The notes beneath the pieces are model-generated. The model was given only the letters and a program-made list of their open reading frames with translations, was not told where the DNA came from and ran no database searches. Below are positions 38,495 to 50,179 of a stretch of DNA of 64,000 nucleotides, one piece after another (the first letter of the stretch is position 1; every line of letters begins with the position of its first letter). This DNA is from Vermamoeba vermiformis. Lineage: Eukaryota. The position numbers were made by a program, and so were the translations under genes. The stretch spans positions 186,001 to 250,000 of the forward strand of contig JBEWZL010000044.1 of assembly GCA_045837725.1 (NCBI GenBank), read 5' to 3'.

Positions 38495-40179
38495 CTATTT
38501 ATCTTGCGTTTCGAATGCAAATTGTGCTGTAAGCCCAAAGTGATCGCTCGGGAATATAGATTGGTCACCAATCTTTGAGGCTTCTTTGTTGCCGATGATT
38601 TCAATTGAAACTGGCTTCCAATGCGACGATTTCATCAAAATTCTATCGTATCTACAGCAATAAGTACATTAGTTATAGTTAGCTTAGCATTTGTAGTATT
38701 TGCTTCAAAATTGAATTAATGGATCTTCGCGGATTTGACGAATTTACACGCTGCAAGAAAAATCTTTGGTTTTCGCGCAAATATCACTGCAAAGGGAGAA
38801 TAATCGTTAAACATTCTTACCTAACAGTTCTTTGTCTTTTACTATTCGCTACCATCATATTAGTCTTCGTGTCAAAAGTTGCGCCGAGCTGATCCGGATG
38901 CAGGTGTTGCCAAGTATCAATAAACTGTGACAAATAGTACTTAAGATTATTGTTCTCTAAAATAGGTTCGTTCGGATCGTTTTGATTCGTCGTTGCATCG
39001 AAATTGAAATCGCCCATAAAAAACACGTGACTGAACTTGCTCAGCAGTTCAGCTGTGAGAATCAATTGCGTGCGTCTGAAATGTGAAAAATCGAGGCTTT
39101 CTAAATGCGCTGTAGCTACGGCAACCTGCGAACACATGAAAATTAGTTATACCAGATCTTTCTTTTTCGTCAGCCCATAAAGTGTAAATTAGTTAAAAAT
39201 GATTTTTGTTATATTGTGGAGTAAATTTAAGATATTCCAATCGCCCAATGAAGAATGAATTAAAATGAAATTTCGTGAGACGCTTGAAAGTGCTGTACCT
39301 CTTCGCCGTTGATATCGAAAACTCCAAACAACAGACTTCTGTACATAGTTGAAGGAAAAGGATGAACTTCTAAGCGTTTGCAAGGATATTTTGACAACAA
39401 TACGACACCATAGGCTACATTAACAAAGATTAGTACAAGTTAGTAGAACGGCGGATCTGTCCCAAGACATACACGAGAAAGTCATTCCTTTGTAATCCGA
39501 GGTCAGATATTTTTCTTTAACCCATGGCTGTTCGTGAATAATCTTCAGGAAATCTTTTGTAGCTGCAAAAATGCTCAACGTTAGGTGAATAAAGATGGAT
39601 GCGTGCAGATCGTGAATTCCTTACCTTCTTGAAAACAAATAAAATCTGGGTCTATATCTCGGACAATATCAGCTAATGCTTGCCACCGTACCGGCGAATG
39701 AAAATCAGCGAACCAAATGTTGTACGTGACGAACTTGAGAGACGTTAAATTGACCGAAGGAAAAGTTGCCTAAAAGTAGGAAGTTAGACAAATTAATTTC
39801 CATTTAAATTCATGTTAGTAATAGGTTTGTATCTATTAGGGCCTAATATTTGGGTCTAGCGAGGTAAACGTACTTTTGGCATTTTTGCCCAAGTGTGGTC
39901 TTTCCAAGCGTAAGAAGGCAGTTCCAATAATGCATTGAAATTTAATTCATATTGTAGTTGAGAAAGTAGCTTCTTATGTGCCTAAAATGCTCGTTAGAAG
40001 AACGAAATAATTTTTGGAATTTTTTAAATTTATTGTAAAATCGATTGCTCAGTCGAGAGTGAATGTAACATTACTTCATATGCAGAATAATTATGAGAAT
40101 ATTTTTATCGTTAACAAGTAAGTAAAGGAGTTACCGCTAATTGTCTGCTTATAATTTGTTCTTCTGTTTCGCGTTCCAT
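38495..40179 (-). CDS. Endonuclease/exonuclease/phosphatase protein, TDP2-like
   Basis: Spliced motifs VTYNIW, PDFICFQE, YGVVLLSK, VATAHLES, FMGDFN, IDTW, GATFD, YDRIL, FPSDHFGL. Confidence 0.85.
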
Positions 40180-42177
40180 TATTCCTCGTCGCTATTTTAT
40201 AATAAATAATAAAATAGTTCTAGTTAGGTGCAATGGTGTTACTTTCAAAAATAAATAAAATCGTGTGCTGCGTGATGTTAAAAGAGCCTCGTTTTTGTGT
40301 CTGTCGGTCTTTCAGATTTATTCGTGGACTTTCCACGTGCCATTTTAAATAGCGAGCAAGCGCTTCTTCTAAAATTCTAAAAGAAGGTGCAGCAATACAG
40401 TAGTGCTTGCAAAAAAGATCCCATTTTATTTAACAAAATTTCAGTGGTTTTCTTGCCAATAAGGAGCGTATAATGTAACAAATATAACTGCAAAATAAAA
40501 TCTTGCCAAAACTTTCACAGCGTCTGTCTGCCACGTGATAAAATACTTCAATGAGAATGATTTTTCGTTGTCGTGTAACATGCACGCCATAGCGTTGATC
40601 CAAATGACGTATAATAAGAACACCAAGTAATGCACAGTGTTCCAAAACAATCGGGGCCACAATGCGCCGTCAATCATGCTTCGAACTGTCATTGGCCAAT
40701 CATTCATCAGAAAGACAAGTGCCGTGCATAGAACGAATATTTGCAGCTTGTTTTTGCTTTTGAAGTGGAAAATCTTGTCGGTAAAGGTAAAGTCGTAGAG
40801 TACTACCGCATAAATAACTGTTCCGATGAAAGTTCCGAGAAATCCGAAGTGCGTTGAGCTGACAGGATGCATAAATATTGCGCCAATAATGGACAAAATT
40901 GATGTCTGTATTGTCAGTGTCCTATATAAATTGAAGTTCTTCTGATAGCGAAAATGCTCAGCTATGCGCAGGTTCTCGTACGTGATAAACACGTTCAACA
41001 CGAGAAATGCCACAGCACCAAACCACTGTTTGAGGATGTTCATGAACGATTCGGAGTAAAGTACGTCGTGCACGATCAGCGGAATAAGTATAAATAGCAT
41101 CACTTTCACAAACGAGTCGTCCAGCGGAATAAAGCCTATAAAAGGAAAAATTTTGTTAAAATAAATGAATTTTGATTTGGATGACGGCCTTATTCCGAGC
41201 GTGTATTGGGCAGTTGCCAAAAAAGGAAATATGTTCATGAACTTACCAAACTTTCGTTTCTGCGACAAATTTCTGACCATGTGCAGATTGCCCGAGTAAT
41301 ATGTATCCTGCTTACAATAGGTATCTAAATCAAGCATCACTTCGTATTGAACTCTTTGATCCGCAGTGTTGTGTCCGTCTTCGTGAAAACTGAGAATCGA
41401 CTTCAGATCTTGATTATTGCCTGGAGTGATATATTTAACTCCAATTTTGAACTGTGGATAAGAGTTTTCTAACGTTGCTTTTGTTTTAATTATGTACCTA
41501 AACAGGAAATAACGAATTAAAATTTTGTTGTTGATCAAAAAAACGTCTATTATTATTCGTTTATCATTGAATATTAACTTTTGAAATTAATAAATATGAA
41601 ATTAATGATAAGGGTGATATAAAGACTTACTCATTTTGTTCGTACAATACTAGTAGATTGTTAAGTACATAGTGTCCGTTGTTCTCCAACTCCAATTCTA
41701 GTAATTTTTTGCCTCGTTTTTCGGCCAATGCAATGTCTCTTAAGCGATTATCAATTGGATAATTCGCCTATGCATATCATTAATACCAACCGAAAAAATC
41801 GAATTGTTAAAGATGCACTTACAGGGTAATCCAATAGTTGCTTTTCGCCACCGCTATGTATAAGGACATTCCTTCCGTAAGTAGCACGAGTTCTAAGATA
41901 GATCTAACGTAAGAAATGTTGCATCGAGAATTTAATTTCGTTACACTTACGTATTTACGTAGCGCTCTAATACCAAAATTTTAACTCTATTTTTGGATGC
42001 ATTAAATCGCCAGTATTTACTGACGTTGTGACTTTGCAGCAGAGTTAAGGGATCCATGAATGAAAATATTCCTTAACCAACTGGAAGTCTACACGGTAGA
42101 CGTACCAGAATTTGGACATGGCTGCTCCCATTTCTCATAAATAAGCTCAATAGTAGCCCAGGCTATCGTCTGTTGAG

Positions 42178-42445
42178 TAAATCTGAAGCAAACTGACTAT
42201 CCCCAAACTCTCAGTGCCTACACACGAGGTTTTTTGCGTCAAAGCTGCCTCAGGCACTTTCGTGCTCATGCTACACCACAACGTGTTACATGCTACTAAC
42301 AGTTAGCCTAGCAGGTGATTATGTGAATAAATCTGAAGCAAGCTGACTATCCCCAAACTCTCAGTGCCTACACACGAGGTTTTTTGCGTCAAAGCCGCCT
42401 CAGGCACTTTCGTGCTCATGCTACACCACAACGTGTTACATGCTA
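42178..42445. repeat. Two near-identical 118-bp direct repeats (period 150 bp), subterminal in the insertion
   Basis: 42178-42295 and 42328-42445, taaatctgaagcaa...gtgttacatgcta, 2 mismatches. Confidence 0.95.
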
Positions 42446-42483
42446 TTCACACAATAGTTAACTGATAACTCCTTGTACAAAAC

Positions 42484-45421
42484 TTAAAGATTTACACCTT
42501 TGAATTTCTTCCAGCACTTCTTGTGTAAGGCAACTTTGCACTGAATGCACTTGTAGCTAAGGCAATTAATTAGTTTGACAAAAGTACACCTACACATACT
42601 TACAGTGTAGAAGAAGATATCTTTTGAGTTTGACAAAAGAAACAACGCTTGGAGTTGCCAAATTCGTACGCACAGGTGTGGGTGTATGGATTATGCTTTC
42701 CACTGGCGCGCACAAGATCTAACGCTTCTATTGTGTAGTTTCGTTTCCTTTTTGATTGGAATTCCTCTACCAGGGAGCGCGCTAAATTGGCAAGAAATTT
42801 CTTGGCAGGAATATCACTGTTGGTGAGTCTTTTGAAGAGTGTTTCTGCCTGAACTTGAGCAGAGCGCTCCCAATCTGCAAATACTAAGCGCTCTGTTACT
42901 TTTCGAATCCGGTAGGGCCACTTAAACTTCTTGGCTTTGGAGTTATGCTTATCCACAGAACTGAAGTATGTCCGATATTGTTGCACCAAGTGGGGAGCAG
43001 AGTATGCAAGCTTTTTCTTTTTGTTTCCATCAATTACTTTTTCAGAAATTGAGGCTGCTGTTCCTCGATTACTAGCCCAGTGACAGGTCTTGCCTTGAGG
43101 GTCATAGAATGACATGATGATATCTGAGTCGTTTGTTAAGCTGCGCCATTGTCCTGGCTGTAAACAATGAGCAAGGTTGTTTTGAAACAGGTTAGGGTGT
43201 GATGTTCCAATAATGCCAACAGTGTATCCAATATTGTGCTTTTGCAGGTGCTGCCATAGTGAGGAAAACTCTCTGTCACAAAATACATGATAGTGTGATA
43301 AGTTTCGAGTTGTCAGATTGTTCCATTCTTCATAATTTGTGGGTTCTCTAATAAAGTCATAAACGTGCCTTTGTTTGTCAGGGAGTCTTGACAATAAAAA
43401 ACTGACGGCTTTTTCCAAATCGAAATTTGTCTTTGATGCTCGTGGAAACATTGTTTTAAATGGTAGAGGTCTTTGCGAAAGTTGACCTGTTTTGAAGGCG
43501 TGATATAACTCTCGCCATTTCTTGAACTTGTCTGTTATGGTAGCAAACAGTCCATATCGAGGAATGAAGCCAGACATCCATCCACTTTCATCAATAATGA
43601 CATATTCTAACATTGCCCAAGGGAATGGCTTGCGTAATCTGTAAATCTTGTAAATTGACCTTCCTTTCCAAGCATTTGCTTTATCATCTAAAGCAAGGTG
43701 GCTGAATGGCACCCATATTTCTGAGTAGGTTTGATTCAGAGCTGCCCAAACAAAGTACACATCATACCTAAGACCAAAGGTAAGAACCATTACAGTGAGT
43801 GAACAACGAACTTACTTTTTGTTCCGGTGTATAAACTTGAATTCATCTTTTAGCATTGTTTTAGCAATCCACCTGTTGCCCCACATGGCGCGTGAATGCA
43901 AAAAGGAGGCCCAAGAGTCATCAACAGAATGACCTGGCAATAATTGTTGTGCAATTCTAACACCAAGATAAGCGCGCAAATCGACTGCTTTGATGTGCAG
44001 ATTTGCATCTGTTGTTTTTTCAATATGTTCAATTATGTCATTCATCATAAGTAAGTAACAGTCAAGCTCTGTGACACGTAGTGTTGAAGACAGTTTTGGC
44101 TTTCCCAGTTGATGACGTATTGCATTAATTTTTGTTAAGATGAGCTGGTGCTTTGGTCCTGGGTTTGTCAATGGTTGAGAAGTTTTGGGCTTGAATTTAC
44201 TCCCATCGTTTTTCCACCCAGACAGTTTTGCTTGAAGTTTAGCTGCCAGTAATGGTTATCAAAATGATTAATGAATGAGAAATCAATACCTTCTTTCACT
44301 GCTGCAGGACTTGCGACTTCTGATGTCTCTTCATTATCTTCTTCAATTGATTCACTCATATCATCACTTTCGTTTGCTTCATATTCACTATCTGATATCT
44401 CTATTGGATCACTTTGACATGATGTTGAGTCCCATTCCATAAAATCATTAAATTGCTGTGATTCATTTCCAATAATTCGTGTGGGTCTGGACTTGGTTGG
44501 GGATGAAATACGCTGTGTGCAGTACACTAAGATATAAGCACTTGCAATTCCCTCAAATAACCTCTGCATGAAGTCTTTGGGAGCCTACATTGAGGTTAGA
44601 ACCTGCAAAATGGCATACTTTGACTACCTTTGAGACGACTGCATCATTGAGTTCAAGCCATTGGTTGTTCGCAAGGCTGTAGGTTACGTAGTGACCCTGT
44701 TTAGCAGTTCCTTGGTGCACTATTATTGATTTGAGTTGGTAGGTCTCTGCATGACCACTACAACTGAGCTTTGCTGGAATAACTAGAGTTGACTTGAAGT
44801 GAAACTTCGCTTCATTCTTGTTGCCCAGATTATCAAAACGCTTAAGGTGGAGGACTAATGCAGTGGGGAATGTCAAAAATTTGTGTGAACCCCAGTCCTT
44901 ATCATTGAATAAGTTAAAATCCAAGTCTTATGCAAATGTTACGTACACTGCTGAAAAGTTGAACTAAACTGTCCACAACATTGCCGGGGGCAACTGGAAT
45001 TGAAATATCTAAATTATAAAGTCAATTGAAATTAAGTCGAGTTGCAGCAGTCATTTGTACCTATAAAAGGCTCCATTAATTCTGAACCATTACGTTGTAA
45101 GGCACCACCAAAAACTTGCTTTATAATTCGCTTGAACTCAGAGTCTTCAGTTAACTTGTCCAATAAATTGAGCAGAAACTCTTGTAAATCACGGTGTTCT
45201 TTTTGGTAGCTTGCTTTTGATATTTTCAATAGCCTTGTTAATGGTTCGATATGAATTGTTTTATTACTCTTCATAAGTGTGATAATCTGTCGAAATTCAA
45301 TCGCAAGTTTGTGTGTAGGTTTTGATGATATAACAAGCTCACGGAAAGCTTCAATACTAAATAATAGCTGTAAAGAACTGCTAATGTAGCATGTGGCACC
45401 AAGGTTTACTACTTTGGCCAT
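42484..45421 (-). CDS. USP (peptidase C19) deubiquitinase fused to piggyBac-type DDD transposase with C-terminal Cys-rich domain
   Basis: Six short GT-AG introns connect all pieces in frame. USP: NLGATCY, RDLQEF, LHLKRF, VHQGTAKQGHY, LNDA, SAYILVY. Transposase: ALDD..AWKGR..RKP, VFCDREFSS, PHLVQQY..SSVDKHN. Tail: RCFFC..YKCIQCKVALHKKCW. Confidence 0.82.
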
Positions 45422-46505
45422 TGCCGAGGCACTTTTCGAGGTCGCGTGTGGTTCGGATCTAACACATCAAAAATAAACTGAGTAATCATTAGCCATGTAT
45501 AAAGTGATAATAACTCACCACTATTGTGCGAAATTTACTGGAATTTGTTTACAAAGATGGCAGAAAAAACTCAAACAATAGAGTCCGGGTCCCCTAAATC
45601 GCCTGTACAAAATCTTCTCAATATGAAGTCGCACACCTATCAATAAGATTGTATTAATAAGAGTGTTACAAATCGAAAGTACGACCCGAATAGTTGCAGC
45701 ACAATGGCCGAACAGATCGGAGGCGTTAATTTTAAAAAATAATTCAAAATAATTCAAAAGTGCTTGTAATTGCTTACGAGGCACTCTATTATTAATATTA
45801 TGATTTATCGCGATGGAATTAGTCGTTAATTTTGTTGTGATGCGAAGATCAGAAAAAACAAATCCAGCATCTGGCTTACCAACCAAAAGTTACGGCACTT
45901 CGCATCAATTGCCGTCAATTCAGGGACCACTTTGTACAGAAATATAACTTTAAGATATAAGTGTGGTCGTTCTATGTTGAAAAACGTAATTTTATTGTTA
46001 CAGTCGACTGCGAAATATATGCTCCAGAATTTCCTATAATATGCATATTAGTAAAAGTTATTCATAAGAATTACATTGATAATTATTTAGGTGACCAAAG
46101 CGAATTTAAAATTAAAAGAACTGTCGAAGACCAACCGGATTTGAATAAGCGGCCATCACTTAAGAAGCCTTACCTCGGGCATAACTTTATCAATAATTGC
46201 GTCACTTGGAGGAACATAGCGACTATTTTTAACTACGTCGACTAGCCTTTGCAAAGTTGAAACAAGGATCGTCACCACGACGATCACGAGCGCAATGAAT
46301 ACCCAAAGCATTGCCGTTATTTGATTATCTTTTGATACGGCCGTGCATTCCTCAATTTGAAATTGTTTGAATCACTTTCTGTTAGCTTCGATCTTTTCAG
46401 ATAAAATCGGACGTGACCGTTAGGAACATAGGAGCACACTCAAATTGAGACAATGATACAACAGCTTAGTTAAAACGATATCTTTAATACCACGGCACAT
46501 CAGCG

Positions 46506-48296
46506 ATGCAGTGGGTATTTATCGCGTTGGTGGTTCTGATCGTGTCGATCCTCGTCACAGCTTTGCAGCGAATCATGAATACGGTCAAAAAGGGTCTTTA
46601 TATACCACCGAGTGAAGCAATCATCGATCAATCAATACCACAGGTAAACGTCAACAGATAATCACCACTTTTTAATTTTTCTTTTGTTCGAATCTATTTA
46701 TTCCGACCAATCATTTGGCTAAACATGTTGGCAACGTATCATATATGTATAATTAACTAATAATAATAATTTAGGAAATTTTGGAACATATTTTTTCGTT
46801 CATGGATCCGCAAACTCTGCTGCAAAGTCACAACGTCAGTAAATACTGGCGTTCTCATGCATCTAAAAATCACGTTAAATCAATCGTGTTGGAGCAATAC
46901 GTTAAATCGTACGTTCATCCGTTTTAATTTTTACGAGCTATTCGATCTGACTTCAAACAATATTTAGCGTTCAACAAGAGCTTCCAGGCATTGAAAACCA
47001 TTGGATAAATTACCACGTAAGATTATTGCGACTATTGATTATTTTAGTACATAACTGAATTAGATTCGTTGTAGGAGACTTATCCAATCGACCGTCGATT
47101 GAGTGACATTGCTTTGGCTCAAAAACGCGGTAGAAAATTAATAGAATTACAACACAAAGAAAGCCCGTTCTTCGTAGTTGGCTCGACGCCCATTTGGAAT
47201 GAGCTGTACGTGATCAAATGTAGCTAAATTCGGTTGAGACGCGAACTAATAATGCAATTTCCTAATTAGGTATATCATCAAAACATTCGCTGCATTAGTT
47301 GCGACAACTTATCCGGTGCAGTTTGAGTTTGTAATCGCCGGCAAAAATGTTCGAGCAACCAACAGTCTTCAAATTGCACCAATATTGAGCCTCAAAAGTG
47401 GAGCTTTTGACACAAGTATCAAATACGAAGCTATGTTAAACTTGGAAGATTATTGCAGCAATCAAGCCCAATCTAATTTAATCTTGTTCCGTAACCCGCG
47501 TAAAGAAGAAAAAAAACGACTCGGTACGTACGCACTAAAGCCGTTAAATATTAATCTATAAATACAATTTTAATTTCGTTTCAGCTAATTTTACTAAATA
47601 GGAATAATTCCGTTGGACAGCACGTTTTTGACGGTGATGATCTTTTTGATTATTCCGCTGATCGTTCACGACGTACTTTACTCCGAATCATTCATAAACA
47701 TTCTCAAGTACTGGTTTGGACCAATAGCATTTCTCGTGCTGAACGCGTTAGTAACGATAGAAAGCTGGCACATGGTGCGTTACTATTCCAATTACAGAAA
47801 CGTTGGATTATACAAGAAATTGGTGATATCGTCGTCAATTTCAGCGATTATAGGGTTCATATTATTATACCCGCTTAGCGCTACGCACTTTGCGTTTATT
47901 GGCCTGTTTGGTTTCACGTTTATGTATTCCTTCCTGTTGTACGAGCATTGCGTTGGAGAAAAATGGTACCTTCCGAAGAGCAAAGAGAAACTTCACTTAT
48001 TTATCATTTGCGCGGCACTTGTCTTGCTGACAAATGATTGGTCAGTGACAATTCGAAGCATGATTGATGGCACATTGTGGTTCCGATTGTTTTGGAACAC
48101 GATTCATTTCTTATTCTTCCTTGGCTACTCTTTATGGGTACATATTATATCGTTAATATTGCAGGATCGAAGGAAGGCCTGGAGCTGGGACAAGTTGAAA
48201 AAGTGGGATCGACAGGCTGTCAACTTAATGCTGGGGTACTATTGCTCAGCCGTATTTGTAACATTGTATGCTCCGAATTGGCAAGGAAATTACTAA
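46506..48296 (+). CDS. Membrane anchor + F-box + polytopic TM family member, apparently intact
   Basis: MQWVFIALVVLIVSILVT...PQ|EILEHIFSFMDPQTLLQSHNVSKYW...; TM exon PLIVHDVLYSE, NDWSVTIRSMIDG, TLYAPNWQGNY. Confidence 0.8.
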
Positions 48297-48450
48297 CGAA
48301 AATTCTCTTGTAACCTCAAATGAAACGTTCGCGCTTTTTTCAAATAAAATCTGGCTACCGTTTGCATCTTCTTAGTTCACCCTGAACAATGAAACACGAT
48401 AGAGTGAAGTAAAATAAAGGATTTATAGGCACAAAGAGTTGGAATTAGCA

Positions 48451-50031
48451 ATGCAGTGGGTATTTATCGCGTTGGTGGTTCTGATCGTGTCGATCACAGT
48501 TGCAGCTTTGCAACAAATCATGAATACGTCAAAATGAGTCTATATATACCACCGAGTGAAGCAATCATCGATCAATCAATCCCACAGGTAAATGTCAAGA
48601 TACGATCAGTTGACAAGATGATTTCATTTTTAGGCTGATTTTTGTTAAATATAATTACGGCCTGCTTAAGATCTTGGAAACATATCATTTATGATTAATT
48701 AACTAATAATAATAATTTAGGAAATTTTGGAACATATTTTTTCGTTCATGGATCCGCAAACTCTGCTACAAAGTCACAACGTCAGTAGATACTGGCGGTC
48801 TCATGCATCCAAAAATCACGTTAAATCAATCGTGTTGGAGCAATACGTTAAATCGTACGTTCATCATATTAGTTTTTACGAGCTCTTCGATCTGACTTTA
48901 TTTTCAGCGTTCAACAAGAACTTCCAGGCGTTGAAAACCATTGGACAAACTACCCGGTAAGACTATCGCGGATTATACTGAGCACATAGCTGACTTGGAT
49001 ATTTTGTAGGAGAATTATCCAATCGACCGTCGATTGAGTGACATTGCTTTGGCTCAAAAACGCGGTAGAAAATTGATAGAATTGAAGCAGAGGCAGCGAC
49101 GATTCTTCAGAGGGATGCCTGAATCATTACGAAATCAGTAATATAAAGGTTTCAAGTCCTTACGGATAATTACTAATTATTCCTAATTAGGTATATCGTC
49201 AAAATACTGGCTTCAGTGGTTGCGCCAAAATTTCCATTGATCTTAGAAATAGGCTACAAAGGTTTCACGATACAGAATAGAAACGTGGAGGGAATTGTTA
49301 GTCGCGAACGATCAAACAGACGCTTGGATAATACTAACGATTGCCTAATATAGGAATGATTCCGTTGGACAGTTCGTTCATACCCACGATGCTATTTTTG
49401 GCAGCACCGATTATCGTGCACGACATGCACGACATTCTAATTTCCGAATTAGTTGAACCTTTTCGAACAGTGGTTCGGACTAATAGTGTTTATAGTGGGC
49501 AGTCTGTTCTTCACAAAAGCAAGTTTACGTTTAGCAACGGACCAGGCCGTCGATAAGACAAGCGAAAAAATCTTCAAAATAATTATTATATTTGCGACCT
49601 TTTCTACAACGATATCGTTCATATCGGGATACCCACTTAGTGCAGCTCACTTTGCATTTCTGGGAATTTTTGTTGCCACATTTTTCTACAGCTCTGCGCT
49701 GTATGAACACTATTTTGGCGGCGAAGCTTGGTACCGTCCGAAAAGCAAAGACAAACTGCAATTATTTATTATATGTGTGGCCCTAGTGTTGCTAATGAAT
49801 GATTGGTCAATGGCAGTACGAAGCATGATTGATGGCACGTTCTGGCACCTATTGTTATGGAACACAGTTCACTTCTCTTTATTTGCTCTGTACTATTTAT
49901 GGGCGATAATGGTTGATGCGATACAGCTCGATTTCAGCCAAAGACTAATGGATCCCATTTTAAAAGGGTTTGGACTAGGTTATGCCACAATTTTTGTAAC
50001 ATTGTACGAGCCTTATTGTCTGAATAAATAA
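48451..50031 (+). pseudogene. Decayed tandem duplicate of 46506-48296
   Basis: Near-identical 5' exons, but a 1-bp loss (acgtc vs acggtc) gives TGA at 48535-48537; exon 5 is truncated and the frame is disrupted near 49420-49455. Confidence 0.8.
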
Positions 50032-50179
50032 GTCTTTTTTAATAATTTAAACTTAAAGAATTTAACGTAATGATTCAAGTTTGGCAGCAAAATTTAACTA
50101 TCACGAAGGTCGTGAACACACTTCTTACATCTTTGTCTCGCTGAATATTTATGCTCAATAGTATTTTCTAACTTAAACG

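Larger units (their letters stand above)
42070..46012 (-). mobile_element. 3943-bp insertion encoding a USP-piggyBac-type transposase fusion
   Basis: Flanked by AAATAT at 42064-42069 and 46013-46018; removal restores GAG CAT ATA TTT TCA (EHIFS) of the host gene. No TIR pair found. Confidence 0.85.
40441..46311 (-). pseudogene. Membrane anchor + F-box + polytopic TM family member split inside its F-box exon by the 42070-46012 insertion
   Basis: Exon 1 46311-46174 (MLWVFIALVIVVVTILVS...VMPE); exon 2 starts at 46033 (EILEHI) and resumes at ~42069 (IFSFMDPLTLLQSHNVSKYW); TM domain ends TLYAPYWQENH at 40441. Confidence 0.85.

Noticed and set aside
42178-42445. CRISPR array
   Set aside because: Only two 118-bp units, eukaryotic context, no cas genes.
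43790-44289. Programmed frameshifts between transposase ORF pieces
   Set aside because: Each frame change is explained by a short GT-AG intron with matching phase.
42070-46012. Helitron, suggested by the terminal hairpin
   Set aside because: No Rep/helicase, no CTRR end, and a 6-bp duplication is present.
45521-46245. ORFs 45521-45886 (-) and 45961-46245 (+) as extra element genes
   Set aside because: Non-ATG starts, no motifs; the second crosses the insertion boundary and runs antisense to the host gene.
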